Shown piece after piece: positions 1-7,965 of a DNA stretch of 10,845 nucleotides (position 1 is the stretch's first letter; each line of letters opens with the position of its first letter). Source of the stretch: a virus (Duplodnaviria > Heunggongvirae > Uroviricota > Caudoviricetes); the IMG/VR virus record IMGVR_UViG_2531839579_000019. One strand, given 5' to 3'. The notes under the pieces were generated by a model. That model saw only the letters and a list, made by a program, of their open reading frames with translations. It did not search any database and was not told the origin of the DNA. The translations under genes were made by a program, and so were the position numbers.

Positions 1-1
1 A

Positions 2-208
2 TTTTTATTAGCATCAGAAATTTCAGACAACTATGACAATCTTCCTGAGAAAGTATCCAAGCTTGTTGAAAACTATAAAGGATTTAGATTTAACTCAGAA
101 GCAGAGACAATCAGAAATTTATTACGCTATATAGTCAACACACGGAAATTAAGTGATTTCTCACAAGCACTTTTGAAGATTGAAGAGATAATAAATAATT
201 ACAAATAA
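2..208 (+). CDS. 3' end of an unknown AT-rich cargo gene (5'-truncated by the window edge); C-terminal 68 aa ...LLKIEEIINNYK, stop TAA at 206-208
   Basis: Frame open from the window start to TAA 206-208. Base composition is strongly AT-rich (about 30% GC by my count), unlike the GC-rich P4-like core next to it. Ends 18 bp before the cos sequence. No recognisable motif in the visible tail. Confidence 0.5.
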   Translation, partial: FLLASEISDNYDNLPEKVSKLVENYKGFRFNSEAETIRNLLRYIVNTRKLSDFSQALLKIEEIINNYK

Positions 209-226
209 TTTCGTTCCTAGCGCGCA

Positions 227-245
227 GTGCTTTCCCCGCCTCGCC
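227..245. other. cos: cos site: 19-nt P2/P4-type cohesive-end sequence
   Basis: Sequence gtgctttccccgcctcgcc is the exact reverse complement of GGCGAGGCGGGGAAAGCAC, which I recall as the P2/186/P4 cohesive end. It lies just beyond the psu stop, as in P4. Confidence 0.7.
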
Positions 246-348
246 CGCCCGCTTTGCGGGGCGGTTTTAATGCAGTTGCACTGACACGCTCAGACCGCGC
301 CGGGAATGGCGCGGTTTGCAGAAAATGAGGCAGGGAAACGCATGCAAA

Positions 349-379
349 GCCATGCACCTTATCGATGCATGGCTTTTTT
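349..379. terminator. Rho-independent terminator hairpin between convergent genes
   Basis: Perfect 8-bp stem gccatgca (349-356) / tgcatggc (366-373) with a 9-nt loop, followed by TTTTTT (374-379) on the plus strand. On the minus strand it follows the psu stop but has only a short T tract. Confidence 0.6.
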
Positions 380-409
380 CAGTAAAAACGGGCGGATTTT
401 CGGGGAATT

Positions 410-982
410 TTACACTGACTGACGTGATGCCAGTTGCGCACTTTTACGCGAAAAAATCATGTTCTGCGCAGGGGTGAATTTTTCACGGCTGTCATCCACC
501 GAAGCCACGTCAGGCCTGAATCCGATGGTCGTTAAAATGTCGCTATCCTGTGCGGAATAATTAATTTTTTCACCCTTCGCAAGCCAGGACAGAAGGGCTT
601 CACGCAGGGCATCTGTGGCACGCTGTATGGCACAGTTTCGGGCAATGGCCGTCAGCTCACTGTAGCCCATCAGCTCCGGTGCCAGTGCCGCCGCCAGTGC
701 TGTGCCGTGCTGCTGCATAAAATCATTCAGCCGGTCGCGGATGCTGATGTGCTGAACGGCTTCATGCGAACGAATATAACGACCGGCGGCCTGATTCACC
801 TGCCATTTTCTGACTTCGATAATATTGCGTAATTCGTCCAGGCGACTGACGTTTCTGCCTTCTCCTGACAGAAGCCGCAGATATTCCTGTTCGGCCGCTG
901 CCAGCTCATTTTTGCGTTGCAGCCATGCTGCTTTGTTATTCTGACAGGTGTCAAAGGCCTGCTGTAAGGCTGTGCTTTCCAT
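410..982 (-). CDS. psu: Psu, polarity suppression protein (190 aa)
   Basis: Intact 190-aa ORF starting MESTALQQAFDTCQNNKAAW; the length and N-terminus match my recollection of P4 Psu. It is the last gene of a sid-delta-psu operon and ends next to cos. Confidence 0.85.
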   Translation of the reverse strand: MESTALQQAFDTCQNNKAAWLQRKNELAAAEQEYLRLLSGEGRNVSRLDELRNIIEVRKWQVNQAAGRYIRSHEAVQHISIRDRLNDFMQQHGTALAAALAPELMGYSELTAIARNCAIQRATDALREALLSWLAKGEKINYSAQDSDILTTIGFRPDVASVDDSREKFTPAQNMIFSRKSAQLASRQSV

Positions 983-1055
983 CGTTATCTCTTTCTCATC
1001 ATGCTGAAGAATAAAAATACGGTGTGCGGCGACGGCCGGTGTTAACCGGCAGCCC

Positions 1056-1556
1056 TCATTCCAGACGCAGCGAATATGATTGTGTTTTTAACCGTACTGG
1101 CGGCAGTTCCTGTTTTTCATGCAGGCGTTCTGCCAGTTCGTCCGGCGTGACCGGGCGGACAATGAAACGGTTGATGGTCTGAAGCGTTTTAAACACCAGA
1201 CCACAGCCCGGATCCGTGCACACATAAAAACGCTCGGTGACTTCCTGAGACAGACGCCGCGATGTTCTTGACAGTGCAAGGCCTTTACATCTCCGACAAC
1301 AATATCCGGTAACAAGCATTCTTTTCGGGCGTTTCATACTGCCGGAGGCTGACGTCAGTGAATCGCGGTATCTCTGTTTGCCTGAAATGTATTCCATTCC
1401 TGAATCTTTACTGTCAGAGAAAAAGCTTTCACTCGCTTCAAATGTCGCAGAGCAATAAATATTCCGGCACTGTGCAATCATTATCTTGGTGCCATCGTCC
1501 ATGAAATGTGCGCGACGGGTGTGAGCAACATGTCCACACGACGGGCAGTAAATCAT
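1056..1556 (-). CDS. delta: Delta, Ogr/Delta-family zinc-finger late-gene activator (166 aa)
   Basis: Intact 166-aa ORF with the Ogr-type motif C-P-x-C-x-H...QC-x-N-x-x-CSATF (MIYCPSCGHVAHTRR...AQCRNIYCSATF) and a second Cys-rich half (CCRRC...CTDPGCG), consistent with P4 Delta as a fused Ogr-like dimer. Its ATG overlaps the sid stop (ATGA). Confidence 0.85.
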   Translation of the reverse strand: MIYCPSCGHVAHTRRAHFMDDGTKIMIAQCRNIYCSATFEASESFFSDSKDSGMEYISGKQRYRDSLTSASGSMKRPKRMLVTGYCCRRCKGLALSRTSRRLSQEVTERFYVCTDPGCGLVFKTLQTINRFIVRPVTPDELAERLHEKQELPPVRLKTQSYSLRLE

Positions 1557-2278
1557 GACAGCAGTCCTCTGGCCTTAAGCTCTGCTCCCTGCTGGTCTAT
1601 TTTGTCCTGCCACACCTTGCGCTGTGCCGGTGTGCCTGCCACCTCATAATCCATGTGCGGGAGTGTTGCCGCTGACAGTCCGGTCAGCCGGAGAACCGGC
1701 TCGCCGGTGAGGCTGATTTGCATCTGTTTAATTTTCTGTTCCAGCGATGATTTCACCTGCTGCATGACAGCCTTTTCCGGTGCGACGTAGCCCTGATGGC
1801 CGGTGGTGTTGGCGAGCGGATTTTCCTGTACCAGAATGCTCAGATGCATTGCCCGGACAAGCGCCTCACAGGTTTCATTCAGGGCGTGTTCCAGCTCATG
1901 CTCTGCATACAGACTCAGAGGTGATGATGTGCCTTCCGGTAGGCGGTGGCCGTGCTGTCACACGCCCCTTTCAGGCGTTCCGTTCAAATTCAGCACCACG
2001 GCCAGATTGTCATATTCCTGTACCAGCTCCCGGCGTGCCACGCGCTCAATGTGGCGCTGTTTCAGCTCGTCGCTCAGGACACCACCGGCTGCACGAAAGG
2101 CGTGCGCCAGTCTCAGCGTCTTTCCGTCGGCCTGCGCCAGCGCATTTTTTTCCTGCTCTGCCCGTTCAATGGCCGTACGGTCTCATCCATCAGGCGGGCG
2201 TTCTCAAGATGGCGGCTCTGGCTTTTCCAGTTGTGCCAGTGCGGGTTGCAGATATTCAGGGATGGTGTTGTCAGACAT
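1553..2278 (-). pseudogene. sid: sid (capsid size determination) homolog, interrupted by frameshifts
   Basis: ATG at 2278 is preceded by AGGAG, but the frame stops after 24 codons (TGA at plus 2204-2206). Protein-like sequence continues in alternating frames, with at least four frame changes between about 1914 and 2224 and a second in-frame TGA. The C-terminal 98 aa (1553-1849) is in the starting frame. The 726-nt span is close to the 244-codon P4 sid. Confidence 0.7.
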
Positions 2279-2312
2279 TTTCCGGCTCCTCGTCACTTCA
2301 GGTTAAGAAAAT

Positions 2313-2368
2313 TGTGACGTACACCGGACAACAACACGACGCATTGCAGATGTGCCAGCCCTGACACA
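2313..2368 (-). promoter_or_regulatory. Psid-type late promoter region with two Delta/Ogr-type TGT-N12-ACA dyads
   Basis: Perfect TGT-N12-ACA at 2313-2330 and 2351-2368, centred 43 and 81 bp upstream of the sid ATG and 38 bp apart. This matches the P2/P4 late-promoter arrangement with activator sites near -55 and about -18. Confidence 0.6.
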
Positions 2369-2447
2369 GGAGACTCATCCTCAGACCGGCAAGCCAGGAA
2401 AAGGTCGCAGGAAAAACCGGCTTACTGTTTGTTTTTTTATATTTTAC

Positions 2448-2551
2448 TGTTCACCTCTGTTCACCTTAAGAAAAAAGATAAGTAATACAGTAAGTTAAAG
2501 GGTGAACAATCGCAGTAATGACTGTTCACCGTCTGTTCACCACTGTTCACC
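2448..2551. repeat. ori-like iteron cluster (TGTTCACC octamers)
   Basis: Five direct copies of TGTTCACC (2448, 2458, 2523, 2534, 2544) and one inverted copy (GGTGAACA at 2501), in the divergent region between sid and the rightward operon. The same octamer recurs in the crr-like repeats about 4.8 kb away. Confidence 0.7.
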
Positions 2552-2710
2552 CGTTGATGGGCTTTTTGTGCTGTTTACTACTGTTTGTTTTTATTAATTC
2601 GCCTGAATGAATAAGAAGAAACGATTTGTATTTCACTATAAAAATTACGAATTGCTTTAAGTGGCTTTAAATGACTATATGGTGGAGATGAACAAAAAAC
2701 ACACAGCCAT

Positions 2711-2728
2711 TGTAAGGCTGCCGGAACA
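2711..2728 (+). promoter_or_regulatory. Candidate Delta-binding dyad of a PLL-type late promoter upstream of vis
   Basis: TGT-aaggctgccgga-ACA (TGT-N12-ACA) about 110 bp upstream of the vis ATG. A second, imperfect CTG-N12-ACA lies about 35 bp downstream. Single perfect dyad only, so weak. Confidence 0.35.
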
Positions 2729-2830
2729 AATCCCCCCTGTTGCGTCTGCTGAAAATATTCACAAAATAAAGCGCTACCCGAAGCCGGACGGACTTATCCG
2801 GTGCTGTATGGACATTAACGAGGTAGCCCG

Positions 2831-3097
2831 ATGCAAGCTGTTTTTTCTTCCCCGTCTCCCGCCCCTGTGACGCCACTGATGCCGCTGCCGGACATCACGC
2901 AGGAGCGTTTTTTACGTCTGCCGGAAGTGATGCACCTGTGCGGCCTGTCACGCTCGACCATCTACGAACTCATCCGTAAGGGGGAATTTCCGCCGCAGGT
3001 GAGTCTTGGCGGTAAAAATGTGGCCTGGCTGCACTCTGAAGTCACCGCATGGATGGCCGGACGCATTGCCGGACGCAAACGGGGGTACGACGCATGA
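2831..3097 (+). CDS. vis: Vis/orf88, AlpA-family helix-turn-helix regulator (88 aa)
   Basis: Intact 88-aa ORF with GAGG 6 nt upstream. Contains the AlpA-type HTH signature RLPEV...[14 protein letters not shown]. It is the first gene of the rightward operon, as for P4 orf88. Confidence 0.75.
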   Translation: MQAVFSSPSPAPVTPLMPLPDITQERFLRLPEVMHLCGLSRSTIYELIRKGEFPPQVSLGGKNVAWLHSEVTAWMAGRIAGRKRGYDA

Positions 3098-3132
3098 TGA
3101 TGCCCGCTCTGCAAAAACTCCCTTTTTCTGGC

Positions 3133-3162
3133 TTGCCTTTTTCCGGCATTTGCGGATATAGT
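3133..3162 (+). promoter_or_regulatory. Candidate sigma70 promoter (PLE-like) at the head of the immunity/early leader
   Basis: TTGCCT (3133-3138), 18-bp spacer, TATAGT (3157-3162), immediately downstream of vis where P4 places PLE. Hexamer match only. Confidence 0.4.
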
Positions 3163-3225
3163 TTTTCCGCTGCCGCAAAATCGGCAGCCGGGCGTAGGAA
3201 CCCGTGTAACTCGTCGGCGACATAT

Positions 3226-3247
3226 GACGCGCCATGCGTCTTTTTTT
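3226..3247 (+). terminator. Short hairpin plus T7 tract in the early leader (attenuator/timm-like terminator)
   Basis: Stem gacgc (3226-3230) / gcgtc (3236-3240), 5-nt loop, then TTTTTTT (3241-3247). Sits about 75 nt downstream of the predicted PLE start, where a termination-based immunity mechanism would act. Confidence 0.45.
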
Positions 3248-3675
3248 GTGTCGCAATCAACGCCACAGAGCACCAGATTATGGTGTGGCGTGTGGTTTGC
3301 CGTGCAGGTATGATCCTGTTCGCAATCGCATGTTATGCCACTGAGTCAATGGTAGCTCAGGCGGGGCAGCCTCCGGGCTGGCCGGTTTCCGATAACGCCG
3401 GTATTCTCACCCCCGTCTGGGCTATCGCCATCGAGCGTGAGAACTCCGGCGATAGCGTCATTTACGCTGTTATCGGAGACTGCCTTATGGCTACGACCCT
3501 TACCCCCTCACACCCTGAATTTGTCTTTGTGTTTGCGGCTGTCCGTCGCGCAGACCGTCATCCCCGTATCTGATGCTTCGCACCGTCGCCGGTGATGAAC
3601 GCAGCGCCCGCCGTTCCCTTGTCCGTGACTATGTGCTCTCCCTTGCTGCCCGTCTGCCGGTGGTGGAGGTGTCCC

Positions 3676-3963
3676 GTGCGTAATAAAAAAGCCCCTCAGA
3701 CCGTCTCAGCACGTCATGACGCCCGTGAACACCTCAGCATTGAGGCTTACCATAAGCTCAACCGCGCCAGCGCCGTATCCCAGTTTGTTGGGGGTGATTT
3801 GATTCACCGTGAACTCTCCGGCCTGCATCAGCTCTACATTCCGCATATTTTCAGCTACCTGAATGAAGATATTGATTTTGTGCTGAATGAGCTGAAAGCC
3901 AAAGGCCTGTGCCGCGATTTTCTCGCCCAGCAGAAAGACCGGGGAGACAGGACGCATGTTTGA
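3676..3963 (+). CDS. Epsilon-like small protein (95 aa from GTG 3676; frame is open from 3592)
   Basis: GTG at 3676 is preceded by GGAGG (3665-3669) and gives 95 aa. The stop overlaps the orf151 start. Start choice is uncertain; the alternative at 3592 has no Shine-Dalgarno sequence. Confidence 0.55.
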
Positions 3964-4411
3964 TTTTCCCCAGCCCGGTGAGATTTACCGTTCTGCCGGT
4001 TTTCCCGATGTGGCCGTGGTCGGCATTCTGGAAGACGGTATTCCGTGGGAAATGCCGTACCGCTGCCCGGACATTGTCTGGAACCCGTACCGCCGTAAAT
4101 TCAGTATCCTTGTGCGTATCCTCGCTGACGGGCGCACCACAGACATCCCGCTGGGGCGTTTTCTGCGGGAATTTACCTGTGACCGTCCTGACCTGTTTAA
4201 ACGCAGCCCCGTAAACCGGCATGCGGTACTGAAAGAAATGGCCGGAGACCCGGAATTACAGAAATGGCGGGAGAAATATCTGGATATTTACCCGCAGGAC
4301 ACTGTTCCGGTCAGCCGGGCAGCACCGGTGGCGCGGGAATGGCGGGAAATTCCCCGCACGGAGCCTGACCCGGAAACCACCCCGGATAACAGTTACCGCA
4401 ATTATCTGTAA
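3956..4411 (+). CDS. orf151-like protein (151 aa)
   Basis: Intact 151-aa ORF with GGAG upstream, overlapping the epsilon stop. Size and position match P4 orf151 between epsilon and alpha. Confidence 0.75.
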   Translation: MFDFPQPGEIYRSAGFPDVAVVGILEDGIPWEMPYRCPDIVWNPYRRKFSILVRILADGRTTDIPLGRFLREFTCDRPDLFKRSPVNRHAVLKEMAGDPELQKWREKYLDIYPQDTVPVSRAAPVAREWREIPRTEPDPETTPDNSYRNYL

Positions 4412-4546
4412 TTAAAAAACGACACCCGAAAAATTAAATGTGCGTATTCGCGCAGGGATACGCACGTCTTCAGGAGACGCAGATATGCCTTATCAGTTAA
4501 TGCAACCGGCACGGAATGCAGTCATCTGTCACAGGGAGGAAAGCAA

Positions 4547-4866
4547 ATGAAAACACCCTTACCGCCCGTCTTACGCGCTGCCCTTTACCGTCGCGCTGTC
4601 GCCTGTGCCTGGCTGACCGTGTGCGAACGTCAGCACCGCTACCCGCATCTCACCCTTGATCACTGGAGGCGGCCATCGCCGCTGAGCTGGAAGGCTTTTA
4701 TCTGCGCCAGCACGGTGAGGAAAAAGGGCGTCAGATAGCCTGTGCCCTGCTGGAAGATTTAATGGAATCCGGCCCCCTGAAGGCCGCGCCGTCGCTGTCC
4801 TTTCTCGGGCTGGTTGTGATGGATGAACTCTGTGCCCGTCACATAAAAGCGCCGGTACTGCACTGA
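4547..4866 (+). pseudogene. orf106-like small ORF upstream of alpha, with one apparent 1-nt frameshift
   Basis: ATG 4547 is preceded by GGGAGGA. The frame reads 63 aa, then protein-like sequence continues in another frame from about 4663 ([33 protein letters not shown]...) to TGA 4864-4866. Restoring one base near 4655-4665 would give a continuous 106-codon ORF. Confidence 0.5.
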
Positions 4867-4880
4867 AGGAGAACAACACC

Positions 4881-7210
4881 ATGAAAATGAACGTAACCGC
4901 CACCGTCAGCCATGCGCTCGGCCACTGGCCGCGTATTCTCCCGGCGCTGGGGATTCAGGTGCTGAAAAACCGTCATCAGCCCTGTCCGGTCTGTGGCGGG
5001 AGTGACCGCTTCCGTTTTGATGACAGGGAGGGGCGCGGCACCTGGTACTGCAATCAGTGTGGTGCCGGTGACGGCCTGAAACTGGTTGAAAAGGTGTTTG
5101 GTGTTTCCCCGTCCGACGCGGCCACAAAGGTGGCTGCCGTGACCGGCAGCCTGCCCCCGACTGACCCGGCAGTGACGGCTGCCGCCGGTGCTGAAACAGA
5201 CGCTGCCCGGAAGAACGCCGCCGCACTGGCACAAACCCTGATGGCGAAAACCCGTCCCGGAACCGGTAACGCCTACCTGACCCGCAAGGGCTTTCCCGGC
5301 CGGGAATGCCGGATGCTGACCGGCACACACAGAGCCGGTGGCGTGAGCTGGCGCCCGGTGACCTTGTGGTGCCACTGTATGACGACAGCGGCGAACTGGT
5401 TAACCTTCAGTTAATCAGTGCTGACGGCCGTAAGCGCACCCTGAAAGGCGGACAGGTCAGGGGCACCTGTCACACCCTTGAAGGACAGAATCAGGCCGGA
5501 AAACGTCTGTGGATAGCGGAGGGATACGCGACCGCACTTACCGTCATCACCTGACCGGTGAAACGGTGATGGTGGCGCTTTCTTCCGTGAACCTCCTTTC
5601 TCTGGCCAGCCTTGCCCGGCAGAAGCATCCGGCCTGTCAGATTGTCCTTGCCGCAGACCGTGACCTCAGCGGTGACGGCCAGAAAAAAGCCGCCGCAGCC
5701 GCAGATGCGTGTGAGGGCGTTGTTGCCCTGCCGCCGGTCTTCGGTGACTGGAATGATGCCTTCACGCAGTACGGCGGGGAGGCCACCCGTAAGGCCATTT
5801 ACGATGCCATCCGGCCACCGGCTGAAAGCCCGTTCGACACCATGAGCGAAGCAGAGTTTTCCGCCATGAGTACCAGCGAAAAGGCCATGCGTATCTATGA
5901 GCATTACGGCGAGGCGCTCGCGGTCGATGCCAACGGCCAGCTTCTGTCCCGTTATGAAAATGGTGTCTGGAAGGTGCTGCCGCCACAGGACTTTGCCCGG
6001 GATGTGGCCGGGCTGTTTCAGCGTCTGCGCGCGCCGTTCTCCTCCGGGAAGGTGGCCTCCGTGGTGGACACCCTGAAGCTGATTATTCCGCAGCAGGAAG
6101 CCCCCTCCCGCCGCCTGATTGGCTTTCGTAACGGCGTGCTCGACACGCAGAACGGCACGTTCCACCCGCACAGTCCGTCACACTGGATGCGCACCCTGTG
6201 CGATGTGGATTTCACCCCGCCGGTGGACGGTGAAACGCTGGAACCCACGCCCCCGCGTTCTGGGCTGGCTTGACCGTGCCGCCGGTGGCCGTGCGGAAAA
6301 ACGCGACGTGATTCTGGCCGCACTGTTTATGGTGCTGGCAAACCGCTACGACTGGCAGCTCTTTCTGGAGGTGACCGGTCCCGGCGGCAGCGGCAAAAGT
6401 ATCATGGCCGAAATAGCCACCCTGCTGGCCGGGGAGGATAACGCCACGTCGGCCACCATTGAGACGCTGGAATCCCCGCGTGAACGTGCCGCGTTAACTG
6501 GCTTCTCACTGATACGCCTGCCGGACCAGGAAAAATGGAGCGGCGACGGTGCCGGACTCAAGGCCATCACCGGCGGCGATGCGGTGTCCGTGGACCCGAA
6601 ATACCGGGATGCGTACTCCACGCATATCCCGGCGGTGATTCTGGCCGTGAACAATAACCCGATGCGCTTCACCGACCGCAGCGGCGGCGTGTCACGCCGG
6701 CGGGTGATTATTCACTTCCCGGAACAGATAGCCCCGCAGGAGCGCGACCCGCAGCTTAAGGACAAAATCACCCGCGAGCTGGCGGTCATCGTGCGTCACC
6801 TGATGCAGAAGTTCAGCGACCCGATGCTCGCCCGGTCACTGCTTCAGTCCCAGCAGAACTCAGACGAGGCGCTGAACATCAAACGGGATGCCGACCCGAC
6901 GTTTGATTTTATCGGCTATCTGGAAACCCTGCCGCAGACCAGCGGCATGTATATGGGGAACGCCAGTATCATCCCGCGTAATTACCGTAAATACCTCTAT
7001 CACGCCTATCTGGCCTACATGGAGGCAAACGGCTACCGGAATGTACTCAGTCTGAAAATGTTCGGGCTGGGGCTGCCGGTGATGCTGAAGGAATACGGAC
7101 TGAATTACGAGAAGCGCCATACCAAACAGGGGATACAGACCAACCTGACGCTGAAAGAGGAAAGCTACGGCGACTGGCTGCCAAAATGTGACGACCCTGC
7201 AACAGCCTGA
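4881..7210 (+). pseudogene. alpha: Alpha-type primase/helicase, split into four frame segments by three frameshifts
   Basis: AAGGAGA 8 nt upstream of ATG 4881. Zinc-binding primase N-terminus (CPVCGG...RF...WYCNQCG), a Toprim-like segment (5306-5554), and a helicase part with Walker A GPGGSGKS (6119-7210). Frame changes fall within 5306-5414, 5509-5554 and 6119-6273. Total span 2330 nt, close to the 777-codon P4 alpha. Confidence 0.8.
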
Positions 7211-7226
7211 CCCTCATAACTCATCT

Positions 7227-7251
7227 GACCGGCATCTGCCGGTCTTTTTTT
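7227..7251 (+). terminator. Rho-independent terminator after alpha
   Basis: Stem gaccggc (7227-7233) / gccggtc (7238-7244), loop atct, then TTTTTTT (7245-7251), 17 nt after the alpha stop. Confidence 0.75.
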
Positions 7252-7267
7252 ATCCCTGAATCCCCCG

Positions 7268-7566
7268 AAGGTGAACAATCCACTGTTCACCCTTCACCGT
7301 ATATTCACCCGTTATCACACTGAAATTAAAAGAGAAAAACGAAAGGTGAACAGTGTGAACAATCAAATCAAAAAAAACTTTTTTCTTCCTGAGTGATTTC
7401 AGTGCGGAGGATTAATCACCGGTATGAGTCACACCGGCAGAATGCCGGAGGTGAAGAATCGAATGTTCACCCTTCACCCATTATTCACCACCTATCACTC
7501 TGAAATAAAAGGAGAAAACAGAAAGGTGAACAGTGTGAACAGTTCTTTCGAAAAAAAATTTTTTAT
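7268..7566. repeat. crr-like cis replication region: two ~117-bp direct repeats carrying the iterons
   Basis: Unit 1 (about 7268-7384) and unit 2 (about 7448-7566) are imperfect direct repeats with a 180-bp period. Each carries several TGTTCACC/GGTGAACA motifs and ends in an A-run/T-run. Matches the two-repeat crr downstream of alpha in P4. Confidence 0.7.
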
Positions 7567-7757
7567 GTGGATAAAAGATGCACTGGTTTGGATCCGAGCT
7601 ACGGATCCAAACTTACTGATTAAAAATGATTTAACTTTCCGATTTATTGATGGGCTGAAAATAGATTGGTCAGAAAAACAGTGGGGGCACAAAAGGGGGC
7701 ATATTTCATTGTTGTGTTTTATTATTTGTTTTTTATCATTAACTTATTTTGATGTTT

Positions 7758-7776
7758 GAGTCCGGCCTTCGCACCA
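7758..7776 (+). other. attP: att core resembling the 3' end of tRNA-Leu (leuX), with no tRNA body upstream
   Basis: gagtccggccttcgcacca matches the leuX 3' end GAGTCCGGCCTTCGGCACCA as I recall it, except for one missing G. The sequence upstream (7700-7757) is AT-rich and not tRNA-like. Lies 190 bp upstream of int. Confidence 0.55.
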
Positions 7777-7792
7777 TATAAAGTTTTTTTCA

Positions 7793-7876
7793 AGTCTACT
7801 CACGTCTACTTTAGTCCATAAAAACAGTAAATTAAGCAGGTTTTTTGCTTTTCTTAGTCTGTCCACGTCTACTTAC
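7793..7876. promoter_or_regulatory. Direct repeats between att core and int (candidate integrase arm-type sites / int promoter region)
   Basis: agtctactcacgtctacttt (7793-7812) and agtctgtccacgtctactta (7857-7876) match at 17 of 20 positions, 64 bp apart. Function is inferred from position only. Confidence 0.35.
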
Positions 7877-7965
7877 TTCTATCCACATATACCAACGAAT
7901 GATGGTATAACTGGTGGTATCTTCGGTTCGATTGATTTTGATACCAACAGCGGAGGTATCAACTG

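Noticed and set aside
1088-1315. 75-aa minus-strand ORF inside delta in another frame
   Set aside because: Fully nested within the intact, motif-bearing delta ORF.
1780-2364. Plus-strand ORFs of 194, 167 and 123 aa overlapping sid
   Set aside because: They lie antisense to a recognisable sid sequence in GC-rich DNA, have no ribosome-binding sites, and their translations are low-complexity and Arg/Ala/Ser-rich. Typical shadow ORFs.
2661-2870. 69-aa plus-strand ORF and its 69-aa minus-strand mirror upstream of and overlapping vis
   Set aside because: Both overlap the candidate PLL promoter and the vis start, and neither has convincing start context. The mutual antisense overlap suggests chance ORFs in AT-rich promoter DNA.
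2948-3273. Minus-strand ORFs of 74 to 103 aa opposite vis and the early promoter
   Set aside because: Antisense to an intact HTH gene and promoter region, with no ribosome-binding site.
3049-3573. 174-aa ORF starting inside the 3' end of vis
   Set aside because: As drawn it reads through the predicted promoter and leader terminator. At most its downstream part (from ATG 3280) could be a real small gene, which is noted under the immunity-region finding instead.
4440-4465. Hairpin gtgcgtat...atacgcac after orf151 as a terminator
   Set aside because: An 8-bp stem with a 10-nt loop but no following T tract, and it sits inside an operon just before the next ribosome-binding site. More likely an RNA structure than an intrinsic terminator.
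4571-6323. Several long minus-strand ORFs (110 to 226 aa) across the alpha region
   Set aside because: Antisense to the alpha primase/helicase in GC-rich sequence, with Gly/Arg/Pro-rich translations and no start context. Judged to be frame artefacts.
7424-7759. 111-aa plus-strand ORF spanning the second crr repeat up to the att core
   Set aside because: It runs straight through the iteron repeat and an AT-rich spacer, has no Shine-Dalgarno sequence, and its translation largely mirrors the repeat. More likely non-coding cis-acting DNA.
7741-7776. Possible complete tRNA gene at the att core
   Set aside because: Only the last ~19 nt resemble a tRNA-Leu 3' end. The preceding ~60 nt are AT-rich with no D-arm or anticodon-arm features, so this is a core copy and not a tRNA gene.
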